A stretch of 64,000 nucleotides of DNA from Thermodesulfobacteriota bacterium (GCA_965223335.1 OZ244991.1:224001-288000), one strand, 5' to 3'; shown: positions 9,809-20,602, counted from the first letter of the stretch. Made by a program: numbers and translations. The notes: generated from the sequence alone by a model not told the origin.

Positions 9809-10237
9809 TCAGTCACGCCTCCAGTAATCCACATACATATCATTAGTCTCATAGAGCCTAACCCTATATAAATTATAGCTGCTCTGGGTCACTTTAATTT
9901 TCTCGTATAACAGATTCCAAAGCACCATGGCTATATTCTCGGTAGTGGGTATAAGCTCCTTAAAATGAGGGTTATCTTCGTTTAGGTATTTGTGGTCAAA
10001 TCCCTCAAGCACCTCGGCCATAAGGGTTTTAAGTATCGAGATGTTTACGATCATCCCGGTCTCGGGGTCTACCTCGCCCTCCACCGTTACCTCCAATAGA
10101 TAGTTGTGACCATGGCCGTGATCACTGGCGGACTTGCCGAATACCGATCTATTTTTCTGAGCCGTCCACTGTGGATTCCAGTAGCGATGGGAAGCCGCAA
10201 ACTCCATTCTCTTTGTAAGAAGTCTCTTAAATGCCAT
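9809..10237 (-). CDS. 6-pyruvoyl-tetrahydropterin synthase family paralog with Ser at the catalytic Cys position
   Basis: FAASHRY, SASDHGHGHNY, DHKYLN, PTTENIA, RLYET. Confidence 0.88.
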   Translation of the reverse strand: MAFKRLLTKRMEFAASHRYWNPQWTAQKNRSVFGKSASDHGHGHNYLLEVTVEGEVDPETGMIVNISILKTLMAEVLEGFDHKYLNEDNPHFKELIPTTENIAMVLWNLLYEKIKVTQSSYNLYRVRLYETNDMYVDYWRRD

Positions 10238-10336
10238 GATACATAGTCAACCGCCCGCAAGGCCGTATAGGATATCATAACTATTGTGCTCCTACCAGCT
10301 TTGTAAATCTCAACCTTGAGGTACAATTTTAGATTA

Positions 10337-13300
10337 ATGAGTGCCTTTACCGAGCTAAATGAACTCAACAAGCAAATCCGGGTTATCAAGCAAAAACGAA
10401 GCAAAAACATACTGCTCCGCGGGTTTCTTAAAAGCTCAGCCATAGTACTCTTCATTATCTCAGCCGTGTTGCTCTTCTCGCATCTATACCCGAACTCATA
10501 TTACTACAGTGTGATAACACTTTTGGGACTTGCTGCCGTGGTTTTTGCTCTAACCAAGTACCTGATCTACCCGTATATATCATCTAGGAATGACATCGCG
10601 GTTATTAACGATCTAGCCAATGTAAAACCGGAGCTTCGCGAAGACACATTAAACGCACTATTGCTCGGCAATGAGCTTGAGGACTCGCCAAAATATGAAC
10701 TGGGCTCAGAATCATTAATAAAAGCACATATCCTAAAAGCAACGGATATATTAAAAAACATTGATCTCGGCAAACTCTATCCGTTGGGAAGGCTAAAGCC
10801 CTACCCTATAGCATTAGCACTCGCTTGCTTTATTTTGTTTTTTGCCCTCATTACGGCACCCGATCCATTTTTGAACTATGTTAAAAATGGAGGGTTCTTC
10901 AATATGGCAGACAACAATATCGAGCTAGCCGATATACAGATCACATACATCTATCCCGAGCACACCTCACTCGCCAAACGGACGATCGAGGGTAGTAACG
11001 GTGATGTCGAGACCATAAAAGGCACCAAGGTGGTGTTCTCGGCGAATCCACTCCAAAGACTCAAATCCGGACAGCTTGTCATACAAAACGGCCCAGTTGT
11101 TCCTGTTGAGTACAATAACGGCTCTATCTCTGCAGAATTCATAGCGCTTGAAAACAGCACATACTTTATACAAGACAATATCAAGAACACAAAATCCCCT
11201 GATTTTAAGATCAAGGTTAACGACGACACACACCCGTCTATAAAAATCACCAGGCCCGAGTCCAATCTAAAAGACATAAACACGGATGAGAAACTCGAGA
11301 TAGCCTATGAGGCTACAGACGATAGCGGGCTTGAGCGCATAATGATTGCGTATGAGACCGAGAGCGGAAAATCCTCAAAACTTATAAAAGAGTTTGAACA
11401 GGCTCCTAAATCCTACAAAGGTAAATACTACTGGGACCTAAGATCACACGACGACGGCAGGGGGGCCAACATAAGGGTTTGGCTCGAGGGCTATGACAAC
11501 GACAAAGTAGACGGGCCGAAAAAAGGTGTTTCAAACACACTCAATATCAAGCTCAAAAACCTGGACGAGACCCACTCAAAATCTCTGACCTCCATTGAAC
11601 AGGTGCGTGAACGGTTAATCGACGCACTCGCCACAGAGCTTACGAACTCGAGATTAATTCCCGATGTCACAAACCCGGATCAGGAAAGCAGCTCACACTC
11701 ATTATCGCCAGTCGAGATTGAATCTGAGCTAGATACTCAGATCCAAGTAAAAGAGCAGGTAAGACTTTCCATCGACTCTCTCGCCACAGCTATTAACCAT
11801 ATGCGGGAGGATAACTACTCGGACTACATCCACTTCGTAGGGCTTGCCAATATGCAAAAACGCCTTGCCGAGCTGCAAGAGAACCGCGAAGCTCTAGTGG
11901 TATCATTTAACCGCACTCAACTGCCGGCACTACGCAGTTTCATTGAGTTTGAGATAGGCGAGCTTGAGGACCACATACTTTATTTAGACGCCATTTTGGA
12001 AGGCGAGAGGCTCCGCGAATCGCTTAGACACAGCAAACAGATACTAGAAGAAGCCAGCGGGCTTAAAGACCTGATGAAGCAGCTCTCGAACACAAACGAC
12101 CCCAAGATCAAAGCACAGATTGAACAAGAGCTAAATCAACTGAGGAACGCGTTGTCAGAACTCACCCGTAAGCTTAGTTCATTGCAAAACGGGGTGCACT
12201 CGGGCCACGTAAACCAAGACGCTCTACAGGGGATGAACCTAGAGGATAAATTAAACGAACTCAACAAGCTCATCCAAGAGGGCAACACTGAGCAGGCCAT
12301 GAAGATGCTCTCAGAGATGCTAAACAACCTAAGACAGATGGTCGCATCACTTGAGACTGGGCTCAGGTCCCATGGCACGAGCTCTCTAAGCGCCCAAATC
12401 TCTGAGCTAAACAACCTCCAAGAGGACATAGATTCACTTAAAAGGGCTGAAACCGGTTTAAAGGACGATACGACCGAGTTTAAAAAAGAGCTGAGTACTA
12501 AAAGCTCATCCAGCACCGAGAGCTACGACGAGCTGACGGATAATATGCGGGACAATCTTGCCAGGTTAAAAAACCAGCTCACTCAGGCCAAAGAGAAAAC
12601 CTCTCGTTTGAAACGAGAGGAAAATGAGCTCGATAGCGGAATTATTATTGACCGAGCCCGTCAAAACGCCCAAGACCTTGGCAACTGGATCGATAGCGGC
12701 GACTTTGGGGAATCTATACGCAACGCTAAGAGCCTTGAGCAAAAGACCAGGGTGCTAAAGAGCATTTCCGAGATGAACCCCAAAAACACAGATAACGCAA
12801 AACAAGAACTCGCCGAATCTCATAGATTAGCAAAAGAGATACGGCAGGAATTGGAAAATCTAAAAGACACCGAACCCACAGATGCTATGTCGCACAATTT
12901 TGCAAACCGCCAAGACCGAATTACAAACGAGACCTCGGAGCTAAATAAGAAAATCGAGGACAATAAACTACCGCTCACTCCCGAGATTAGCAAAAACATA
13001 GAACAGGCCCAAAAGTACATGCAACAGGCATCAAACGGACTACGAAACAAAGAGATATCGAAAGCCATCTCAAACCAAGACGAGGCTATAAAATCACTCG
13101 AGCAGGCCCAAAACCAGACAAAGGACCTAATGAAAAACATGATGCAGAGCGCAAACGGCAACGGCTCGCCCGTCCCGATGGTATTCGGCCAAAGTCAGCA
13201 ATCCGGGGGTATCACAGGGGTCGATAGACGGCATGTGGAGATCCCCGTGCTCGATGAATCGATGGTGGGTAAGGAGTTTAAGGACAACATACTCGAGGCC

Positions 13301-13369
13301 ATGCTTTTAGGCTCGCCCGAGGGTTACAACGAACTAAACAAGAAATACTACGATAGGATACTAAAATGA
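10337..13369 (+). CDS. Large membrane-anchored coiled-coil protein, DUF4175-like
   Basis: N-terminal TM helices, Ig-like middle (YEATDDSGL), long coiled coil, C-terminal PEGYNELNKKYYDRI; typical MoxR-cluster neighbour. Confidence 0.7.
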   Translation: MSAFTELNELNKQIRVIKQKRSKNILLRGFLKSSAIVLFIISAVLLFSHLYPNSYYYSVITLLGLAAVVFALTKYLIYPYISSRNDIAVINDLANVKPELREDTLNALLLGNELEDSPKYELGSESLIKAHILKATDILKNIDLGKLYPLGRLKPYPIALALACFILFFALITAPDPFLNYVKNGGFFNMADNNIELADIQITYIYPEHTSLAKRTIEGSNGDVETIKGTKVVFSANPLQRLKSGQLVIQNGPVVPVEYNNGSISAEFIALENSTYFIQDNIKNTKSPDFKIKVNDDTHPSIKITRPESNLKDINTDEKLEIAYEATDDSGLERIMIAYETESGKSSKLIKEFEQAPKSYKGKYYWDLRSHDDGRGANIRVWLEGYDNDKVDGPKKGVSNTLNIKLKNLDETHSKSLTSIEQVRERLIDALATELTNSRLIPDVTNPDQESSSHSLSPVEIESELDTQIQVKEQVRLSIDSLATAINHMREDNYSDYIHFVGLANMQKRLAELQENREALVVSFNRTQLPALRSFIEFEIGELEDHILYLDAILEGERLRESLRHSKQILEEASGLKDLMKQLSNTNDPKIKAQIEQELNQLRNALSELTRKLSSLQNGVHSGHVNQDALQGMNLEDKLNELNKLIQEGNTEQAMKMLSEMLNNLRQMVASLETGLRSHGTSSLSAQISELNNLQEDIDSLKRAETGLKDDTTEFKKELSTKSSSSTESYDELTDNMRDNLARLKNQLTQAKEKTSRLKREENELDSGIIIDRARQNAQDLGNWIDSGDFGESIRNAKSLEQKTRVLKSISEMNPKNTDNAKQELAESHRLAKEIRQELENLKDTEPTDAMSHNFANRQDRITNETSELNKKIEDNKLPLTPEISKNIEQAQKYMQQASNGLRNKEISKAISNQDEAIKSLEQAQNQTKDLMKNMMQSANGNGSPVPMVFGQSQQSGGITGVDRRHVEIPVLDESMVGKEFKDNILEAMLLGSPEGYNELNKKYYDRILK

Positions 13370-14952
13370 GGATCTTTTTCATATCCGTGATCATGTTGTT
13401 TACAGCCGTCTCGGTTCGGGCAGACACCCCACCTGTTATCGAGCTGCTCGAAAGCGCTCAAGAAAACATAAAAAAGTGGCAGATAGAGGATGCCTCGGAG
13501 GATGCGTACGAAGCACTTAGGTTTGCACAATCCGCCGAGGTCTCAAGAGAGGTATGGCGTGTGCTTGCGATTGTGGAATACAACAAACCCAATTACCCAA
13601 AGGCCAAAGAGTACGCCGAAAAGTCTCTCGAGACCCAAAAAAACTCATTTAGGCGTGACACCTTCATGGACTATATTATCCATGTATCCAACGTATCCGA
13701 GAGCTTCCAAGAACAACAGACCGAGCACTTCAAGATCAGGTTTATGGATAAGAAGGACGCCGTGGCCGCTTACTATGCCCAAGAGGTGCTGGAAAAGGCC
13801 TATTTTGAGATCGGCTTAGATCTGGAATATTACCCAGAGAGCCGGATTGTGGTCGAAATCTATCCAGACATAGAGAGCTTTACATTGGCATCTACGCTGC
13901 CTAAAGAGAGTGTAGAGAACACGGGTGTGGTCGGTATATGCAAGTTCAACAGGATCATGATCCTCTCACCCAGGCTCATGCCCAAAGGGTACAAATGGTC
14001 AGACACCCTGGCACACGAGTATGTCCACTACCTTGTTTTTAAAAAGAGCGAAAACCGAACTCCTGTATGGCTCCACGAGGGAATTGCAAAGGCATCGGAG
14101 CAAAGGTGGCGGCAGACCGAAGGCCCATCGCTTAGCGCACTGCACGAAACACTCCTTAGCCGAGCACTACGGGACCAAAAACTCGTACCGATCGAGAAAA
14201 TGCACCCATCCTTTGCAATGCTCGACACTGCCGAGGAGGCACAGCTGGCCTTCGCTCAGGCCGGATCGACCATTAATTTTATGGTCGAGAGATGGGGCAA
14301 AAAATCTCTCAACACTCTACTTGATACACTTAGAGAAAACCCGGATTATGAAAACGCCATCACAACCGTAACGGGTATGAGCTTCCAAGAGTTTTACGAC
14401 GGCTGGAAAAACGATTTACTGTCCAAGGGCCTAGAAGAGAAGATCAAAGAGATACGTCCCGGGAGTTTGGAAATAAAGGTTTCCGAAGACCCCGGATCAG
14501 ACAAGGAGAATGCAAACCTGCACGAGATAAAGAACAAAACTGCAAGGAACCACACTCGGCTGGGTGACCTGTTTTACTCAAGGGGTAGAACCAAGGCAGC
14601 AGTGTACGAGTATGAAAAAGCCGCCAAACTCGACCCCTACTCGCCTTTTATCGCTGTACGTTTAACGAAATCACTCATAAAAAGCAACCGCTTAAAAGAT
14701 GCGGAGACCTATATTAAACCGGTACTCGAAATCCACCCCGAGCAGATCGATCTACTCATGAACCTGGGAGAGATTTACCTGCTTAACGGCAATCTATCGA
14801 AAGCCGAGTCATCGTATAAAGACGCTATATTTATAAATCCCTACGACCCAATGGTACATATCGCACTAAAATCAATTTACGAAAAGCAGGGCAAAAACAA
14901 ACTTAGCCAAAAAGAGCAGGAAATTTTGACTATACTATCATCCGAGGGTTAA
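13366..14952 (+). CDS. Secreted TPR protein with peptidase MA (gluzincin) domain
   Basis: Signal peptide; LAHEYVH ... PVWLHEGIA zinc motif; C-terminal TPRs. Confidence 0.85.
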   Translation: MRIFFISVIMLFTAVSVRADTPPVIELLESAQENIKKWQIEDASEDAYEALRFAQSAEVSREVWRVLAIVEYNKPNYPKAKEYAEKSLETQKNSFRRDTFMDYIIHVSNVSESFQEQQTEHFKIRFMDKKDAVAAYYAQEVLEKAYFEIGLDLEYYPESRIVVEIYPDIESFTLASTLPKESVENTGVVGICKFNRIMILSPRLMPKGYKWSDTLAHEYVHYLVFKKSENRTPVWLHEGIAKASEQRWRQTEGPSLSALHETLLSRALRDQKLVPIEKMHPSFAMLDTAEEAQLAFAQAGSTINFMVERWGKKSLNTLLDTLRENPDYENAITTVTGMSFQEFYDGWKNDLLSKGLEEKIKEIRPGSLEIKVSEDPGSDKENANLHEIKNKTARNHTRLGDLFYSRGRTKAAVYEYEKAAKLDPYSPFIAVRLTKSLIKSNRLKDAETYIKPVLEIHPEQIDLLMNLGEIYLLNGNLSKAESSYKDAIFINPYDPMVHIALKSIYEKQGKNKLSQKEQEILTILSSEG

Positions 14953-14956
14953 AAAA

Positions 14957-15988
14957 ATGAATCCGACTCCAACCACAGAGCAAGACAAAGCCAAGATAGC
15001 ACAGTTGGCCGATATCAAAACAAACATAATTGACGAGATTAATAAAGTCATTGTGGGCCAGGAAAAGGTAATAGAACTACTGCTTATATCGTTAATGTCA
15101 TCGGGACACTCACTGTTTGTAGGAGTACCGGGACTGGCAAAGACACTCCTGGTAAGCACTCTCTCCGATATTCTAAACCTTAAATTTAACAGGGTGCAGT
15201 TCACACCCGATCTCATGCCCTCTGACATCACGGGCTCTGAGATACTCGAGATGGACAATATCAGTCAAAGCAGGGTGTTCAAATTCCTCCACGGCCCAGT
15301 GTTCTGCAACATCCTACTTGCAGACGAGATAAACAGGGCCTCACCCAAAACCCAGGCGGCTCTGCTCCAGGCAATGCAGGAGAAAAAGGTCACTGTAGGC
15401 GGCGACACCTATCCCATAGCCCCTCCGTTTCTCGTGTTCGCCACCCAAAACCCCATAGAGCAGGAGGGCACATACCCTTTGCCCGAGGCGGAACTCGACA
15501 GGTTCATGTTCCAGATCGACGTTAAGTACCCATCTTATGAAGAGGAGCTACGGATTGTAAAAACAACCACAGGCACTTACAGGCCCGAGCTTAAGAAGAT
15601 ACTCGACTCAAACAGAATCATAGAAGATCAATCGCTGGTAGAGCGGGTTCCCGTGTCGGATAATGTCGCGTCCTATGCAGTAAAGCTTGCCCGGTCCACA
15701 AGGCCCGAAGACCCGGCTACCCCAAAAAAGATTCGCGACTCTCTGTCTTGGGGTGTAGGCCCAAGGGCCTCGCAATTCCTTATCACCGGCGCCAAAGCAC
15801 GCGCCGCGCTCGACGGACGTTACACACCCACAACCGAAGACGTCGCATTCGTGGCACCGTCGGTGCTAAAACACAGGCTCGTACTCAATTTTAGGGCTGA
15901 GGCCGAGGGCATAACCCCCGACAATATAGTGGAAGAGATTCTCTACTCGATAGACCCAGCCGACACTAGCGGTCTTCTTGCTGGATAA
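14957..15988 (+). CDS. MoxR family AAA+ ATPase
   Basis: GVPGLAKT, RVQFTPDLMPSDITG, LADEINRASPKTQAALL, ATQNPIEQEGTYPLPEAELDRF. Confidence 0.95.
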   Translation: MNPTPTTEQDKAKIAQLADIKTNIIDEINKVIVGQEKVIELLLISLMSSGHSLFVGVPGLAKTLLVSTLSDILNLKFNRVQFTPDLMPSDITGSEILEMDNISQSRVFKFLHGPVFCNILLADEINRASPKTQAALLQAMQEKKVTVGGDTYPIAPPFLVFATQNPIEQEGTYPLPEAELDRFMFQIDVKYPSYEEELRIVKTTTGTYRPELKKILDSNRIIEDQSLVERVPVSDNVASYAVKLARSTRPEDPATPKKIRDSLSWGVGPRASQFLITGAKARAALDGRYTPTTEDVAFVAPSVLKHRLVLNFRAEAEGITPDNIVEEILYSIDPADTSGLLAG

Positions 15989-17510
15989 CTATTGCGGTGT
16001 TGGAAAACTTATCGTTTAGCAGCGCCTCTACACTGCCCTCCATTCTGGATAGAAATGGCTTGGGATAGATACCCATTACAAACATGAGTATGGCTATAGG
16101 GAGTAAAACCATTATCTCTCTTAGGTTGATATCGATCAAGGCTTTGTTGGCAGGTTTTTCGAGTGGCCCAAACATCACACGCTGGTAAGCCCAGAGCATA
16201 TAAACCGCTCCGAGTATAAGACCCGTGGCACCCAGTATCGAGTAGACATAGTTAAACTTAAACGCACCCAAGAGTATTAGGAATTCCCCGACAAACCCGT
16301 TTAGAAGCGGCAGACCGATAGATGACAGTGTGGCTAAGAGAAAAAATGCAGCAAAGATAGGCATGACCTTAGCTATGCCCCCGAACTCAGCGATCTTCTT
16401 TGTGTGCCTCCTCTCATATATCATCCCCACAATGATAAAAAGCGCGCCGGTGGAAAGACCGTGGTTAATCATCTGGTATATCCCACCCTCAACCCCTTGG
16501 ATATTCAAAACCAAGATACCCAGCATGACCAACCCCAAGTGGCTTACACTGGAATAGGCCACGAGTTTTTTAAGGTCGGTCTGCGCAAACGCTACCATGG
16601 CTCCGTAGATGATCCCTATAATCGCTATGGCTATCAAAAACGGCAGGAACGCCACCGTGGCCTCGGGAAAAAATGGCATTAGGAAACGCAAGAACCCATA
16701 TGTACCCATTTTTAAGAGCACCGCGGCCAATATCACACTGCCTGCTGTGGGAGCCTCGACGTGGGCATCCGGCAGCCACGTGTGGAAGGGAAACATCGGC
16801 ACCTTAATTGCAAAAGCTAGGAAGAATGCGAGAAATGCCAACCCCTGTGGGCTGAGAACACCGCCAAATGGGACACTCAGTTTGTAGAAGTCCAGCACAT
16901 CCATCGAAGGCACACCGAACTGCTCTAGGTGCAGGAAGTACAGATAAAATATCGCAATAAGCATTAGAGCGCTTCCAAACGCAGTATAGATAAAAAACTT
17001 AACTGCAGCATATATGCGCCTCTCTGTGCCCCATATCCCGATCACGAAGTACATTGGTATGAGCACTGCTTCCCAGAATATGAAGAAAAGGATCATATCG
17101 AGCGCTATGAAAGTCCCTATGAGAGCGGTTTCAAGAAAGAGCAAGAGTATCAAGAACTCTCTAAGTCCCTTTTCTATAGAGTTCCATGCACTTAGTATGG
17201 TGATAGGCATGATAAATGTGGTAAGCAGTACCAAAAAGAGGCTTATCCCGTCTATCCCAATATGGTAGTTCACACCTAGCCCCTCTATCCAGGGCAGGAA
17301 TTGCTCGAATTGCATCCCGGGAACTCCGCTTTGAAACTTAGTAAAGAGCGGGATCGAGATCACAAAAGCTATGAGTGTTACAACCAGTGCACAAATCTTT
17401 TGTAACTCTTCCGACTCTTCAAATAGGATCGAAAGAAAAACTATTATTGGGATACCGAGCAGCGGGAAAAAAGTAATTAGTGTTAAGTTGCCGTTTAATA
17501 TAGCTTCCAC
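15966..17510 (-). CDS. nuoM: NADH-quinone oxidoreductase subunit M (stand-alone)
   Basis: GIDGISL, FWE..LIPMY, AIKVPMFPFHTWLPDAHVEAPT, LKMGTYG, AYSSVSHLG. Confidence 0.93.
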   Translation of the reverse strand: MEAILNGNLTLITFFPLLGIPIIVFLSILFEESEELQKICALVVTLIAFVISIPLFTKFQSGVPGMQFEQFLPWIEGLGVNYHIGIDGISLFLVLLTTFIMPITILSAWNSIEKGLREFLILLLFLETALIGTFIALDMILFFIFWEAVLIPMYFVIGIWGTERRIYAAVKFFIYTAFGSALMLIAIFYLYFLHLEQFGVPSMDVLDFYKLSVPFGGVLSPQGLAFLAFFLAFAIKVPMFPFHTWLPDAHVEAPTAGSVILAAVLLKMGTYGFLRFLMPFFPEATVAFLPFLIAIAIIGIIYGAMVAFAQTDLKKLVAYSSVSHLGLVMLGILVLNIQGVEGGIYQMINHGLSTGALFIIVGMIYERRHTKKIAEFGGIAKVMPIFAAFFLLATLSSIGLPLLNGFVGEFLILLGAFKFNYVYSILGATGLILGAVYMLWAYQRVMFGPLEKPANKALIDINLREIMVLLPIAILMFVMGIYPKPFLSRMEGSVEALLNDKFSNTAIVIQQEDR

Positions 17511-17852
17511 AGGCCAGTCAATCCTCGAGTGTCGATTTCAATCACAGATTGGGCTGTAAATATACAGTAGAGATCCCTCGACCACAAGATTGTTTAGACA
17601 TAACTGCCAGAACCTTTACTAGATTCCTAGTAAATACAATCTAATCAACAAGCCAATACTAGAGGATTAACAGATATCGCGGCTGAGTTTATTGAAATGA
17701 ACGCAACTTTTATATACCATAACTCACCTTCTCCAGTGTATTGGTGAGAGTTAAGCCAATAAATTCGCAGAGAAGACCGGCTACACAAACTGTTTTATTT
17801 AATAATAGTTAAGTATGCGTTAAAATATAAAATTAACCCCAAACCCCGGAGG

Positions 17853-18935
17853 ATGTTTGAAATGAATTTCCTGACTATATATCGATTCAGACTAGTAGTG
17901 TTAGCAGTATTTTTGATAATACCTTTAATATCGGTCATTGCAGATGAGTCCCAGGACGCAAAACCCGATAACGCAAAACTCCTAGACCAAGCTAAAACGA
18001 TATTTAAACCAATTGGTGATAGCATAGAAGCCCCCGAGTCAAATCCACAAACTGCCGAGAAGGTAGAGTTGGGTAAAAAGCTGTTCTTCGACCCAAGGCT
18101 CTCGGTAAGTGGCGTGATTAGCTGCAACACCTGCCACAACCTTGCAACCTATGGCACGGACAACCTGGAGACCTCTATAGGACAAAACTTTGAGAAAGGA
18201 GGCAGGAACGCACCTACGGTGCTTAATGCCGGACTACACATGGCACAATTTTGGGACGGTAGGGCGGCAGACCTGGAAGAGCAGGCTAAGGGCCCTGTGC
18301 TAAACCCCATAGAGATGGGCATGCCCGACTCAGAACTTGTAGTGGAGAGGTTGCAAAGCATCCCGGGTTACCAAGAGGAATTCGCTGCCGTATTTGAGGG
18401 CGATGACCCGGTTAACTACGATAATGTTGCCAAAGCAATAGCAGCCTTTGAAAGAACCCTAGTGACCCCATCCAGGTTCGATGCCTATCTAAACGGTGAT
18501 GAGTCTGCGCTGACCGAGGATGAAACAAAAGGGCTCGAGCTCTTTATTACCAAGGGCTGTGTCACCTGCCATAACGGTATTGCCGTAGGCGCAAACATGT
18601 ACCAGAAGTTTGGTCTCGTAAAGCCTTATAAGAACGCCAAGGACTTGGGGCGCCACGATGTTACCGGCAAAGAGCAAGACAAGTTCGTTTTTAAGGTGCC
18701 GTCGCTAAGGAACATCACGCGCACCTACCCTTATTTCCATGACGGTCAGGTATGGGACATTAAAGAAGCGGTGAGAATCATGGGAGAAACACAGTTCGGT
18801 GTGGAGTTAACCGACGAGGAGGTCGATAGCATAGTTAGCTTTTTAGATTCACTCACAGGCACAATACCCGAGGGCGCTTTGACGTTACCCGTATTACCGC
18901 CGTCTAGCGTGGATACCCCTAGGCCGAGCAAATAG
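17853..18935 (+). CDS. Di-heme cytochrome c peroxidase (CcpA/MauG family)
   Basis: Two CxxCH motifs (SCNTCH, GCVTCH), RNAPTVLN, QFWDGRA, FKVPSLRN..TYPYFHDG. Confidence 0.93.
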   Translation: MFEMNFLTIYRFRLVVLAVFLIIPLISVIADESQDAKPDNAKLLDQAKTIFKPIGDSIEAPESNPQTAEKVELGKKLFFDPRLSVSGVISCNTCHNLATYGTDNLETSIGQNFEKGGRNAPTVLNAGLHMAQFWDGRAADLEEQAKGPVLNPIEMGMPDSELVVERLQSIPGYQEEFAAVFEGDDPVNYDNVAKAIAAFERTLVTPSRFDAYLNGDESALTEDETKGLELFITKGCVTCHNGIAVGANMYQKFGLVKPYKNAKDLGRHDVTGKEQDKFVFKVPSLRNITRTYPYFHDGQVWDIKEAVRIMGETQFGVELTDEEVDSIVSFLDSLTGTIPEGALTLPVLPPSSVDTPRPSK

Positions 18936-19118
18936 TGGTGAGTGATTTGATTTAACCGCCGAGAGATCCCTGTAATCGGCGCAGTACCATACGAGTATTG
19001 TTATAAACAGTGCGGATAGATATTGTATAATGTACTTGAGCGCGTATTATTTTATAAGTATGTAGACAGGTTACATACAGATGTCGTGATATAAAATATT
19101 AATTAAGGGGTGATTATT

Positions 19119-19529
19119 ATGGGTATGAAAAAGGTTATAGGTATAACAAACAATTCCCCCAAACCGGCTGAGAACAAAAATGTCAGTTTTAAGAAATTCG
19201 ACAAAACAGAAAAGCCAGAGACACAGGGGGAGCTTACAGAGGCATCTATATTCGCAGCCCTCAAGAACGTCTATGACCCAGAGATTCCGGTCAGTATTGT
19301 TGACCTCGGCCTTATCTACGATGTGCAGATCTCGTCAGGATCCAATGTAAATATTAAGATGACGCTAACGACTCCGGGCTGCGGCATGGGGGCAATGATA
19401 GCCGGCCAGGCTGAAGCAGCAGTACGCGAACTAGGCGCCAAAAACGTCCTAGTAGAGATCGTATGGGACCCGCCATGGAACCCCGATATGATATCCGATG
19501 AAGCCAGAGAGAAGCTTGGGATGACGTAG
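19119..19529 (+). CDS. DUF59/SufT Fe-S assembly protein
   Basis: VYDPEIPVSIVDLGLIY, MTLTTPGC, VWDPPW. Confidence 0.92.
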   Translation: MGMKKVIGITNNSPKPAENKNVSFKKFDKTEKPETQGELTEASIFAALKNVYDPEIPVSIVDLGLIYDVQISSGSNVNIKMTLTTPGCGMGAMIAGQAEAAVRELGAKNVLVEIVWDPPWNPDMISDEAREKLGMT

Positions 19530-19543
19530 AAGCGGTACAATTT

Positions 19544-20602
19544 ATGACTTTAGAACCCGAGAGCATTAAAAACACACTAAAACAGGTTAAATACCCCGGT
19601 TTTACACGCGATATTGTATCGTTTGGGATAGTAAAAAACATAGATATTGCAGGGGATAAAGTAAACCTTACCCTTGTGTTGCCCAAGCCCGACCCCAAAT
19701 TGGAATCGGAAATAAAAGAAGCCGTAACCAAGGCAGTATTAGAGCACCCAGGAGTCGGTGATGTAAGCATGGAGATCTCAGCGCGAGAACCCCGTGCACA
19801 AGCCGGGGGAGGCCCGGCACCCGAGGCGAAACAGCCTTCAACACTACCCGATATTAAACACTATATAGCTGTGGCAAGCGGCAAGGGTGGAGTGGGAAAA
19901 TCCACAGTTGCCGTTAACCTGGCAGTTGCACTTTCCAAGCAGCGAGAGAATGTGGGGCTGCTAGATGCCGATATCTGGGGGCCCAGTGCACCTATAATGT
20001 TTGGGATCAACGAACGCCCCAACGCAACCACTGACAATAAAATCATTCCGCTTACAAAATATGGTTTAAAACTCATGTCAATCGGGTTTCTTATCGATGA
20101 GGACGAGACGGTTATATGGAGGGGCCCTATGGTTCACGGGGCCGTAAAACAATTTGTCGAAGACGTGCTTTGGGACGACACCGAGTATTTGGTCGTAGAC
20201 CTGCCTCCCGGCACAGGCGACGCCCAGCTGTCACTCGTACAGACAGTACCGCTTAGCGGTGGGGTGATCGTAACAACCCCACAGGACGTAGCACTGATCG
20301 ACGTCAAAAGAGGGGTACAGATGTTTAGAAAACTCAATGTCCCGATTCTCGGTATTGTAGAAAACATGAGTTTTCTGGCGTCCCCCGATGGAGGCGAGCC
20401 CATAGATGTGTTCGGCAGGGGCGGGGGTAAAAAGATGGCTGAGAAGTTCGACATCCCGTTTCTAGGAGAGATCCCACTTGACCCCGAGATTAGAAAGAGT
20501 GGGGACTCGGGCATCCCGATAGTAGAGTCCGATCCCAACAACCCAGCGTCCCGAGCCTTTGTTGAGATCGCAAAATCCATTCTGAGTGCCGTCGATAACT
20601 AG
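19544..20602 (+). CDS. mrp: Mrp/ApbC/NBP35 Fe-S cluster carrier ATPase
   Basis: VASGKGGVGKST, DADIWGPS, IWRGPM, DLPPGTGD, VTTPQ, GIVENMS. Confidence 0.93.
   Translation: MTLEPESIKNTLKQVKYPGFTRDIVSFGIVKNIDIAGDKVNLTLVLPKPDPKLESEIKEAVTKAVLEHPGVGDVSMEISAREPRAQAGGGPAPEAKQPSTLPDIKHYIAVASGKGGVGKSTVAVNLAVALSKQRENVGLLDADIWGPSAPIMFGINERPNATTDNKIIPLTKYGLKLMSIGFLIDEDETVIWRGPMVHGAVKQFVEDVLWDDTEYLVVDLPPGTGDAQLSLVQTVPLSGGVIVTTPQDVALIDVKRGVQMFRKLNVPILGIVENMSFLASPDGGEPIDVFGRGGGKKMAEKFDIPFLGEIPLDPEIRKSGDSGIPIVESDPNNPASRAFVEIAKSILSAVDN

Noticed and set aside
9378..10237. Naming both genes queD
   Set aside because: Motif spacing is Cx5HGH/Sx5HGH rather than Cx3HGH, and no queC/queE is adjacent.
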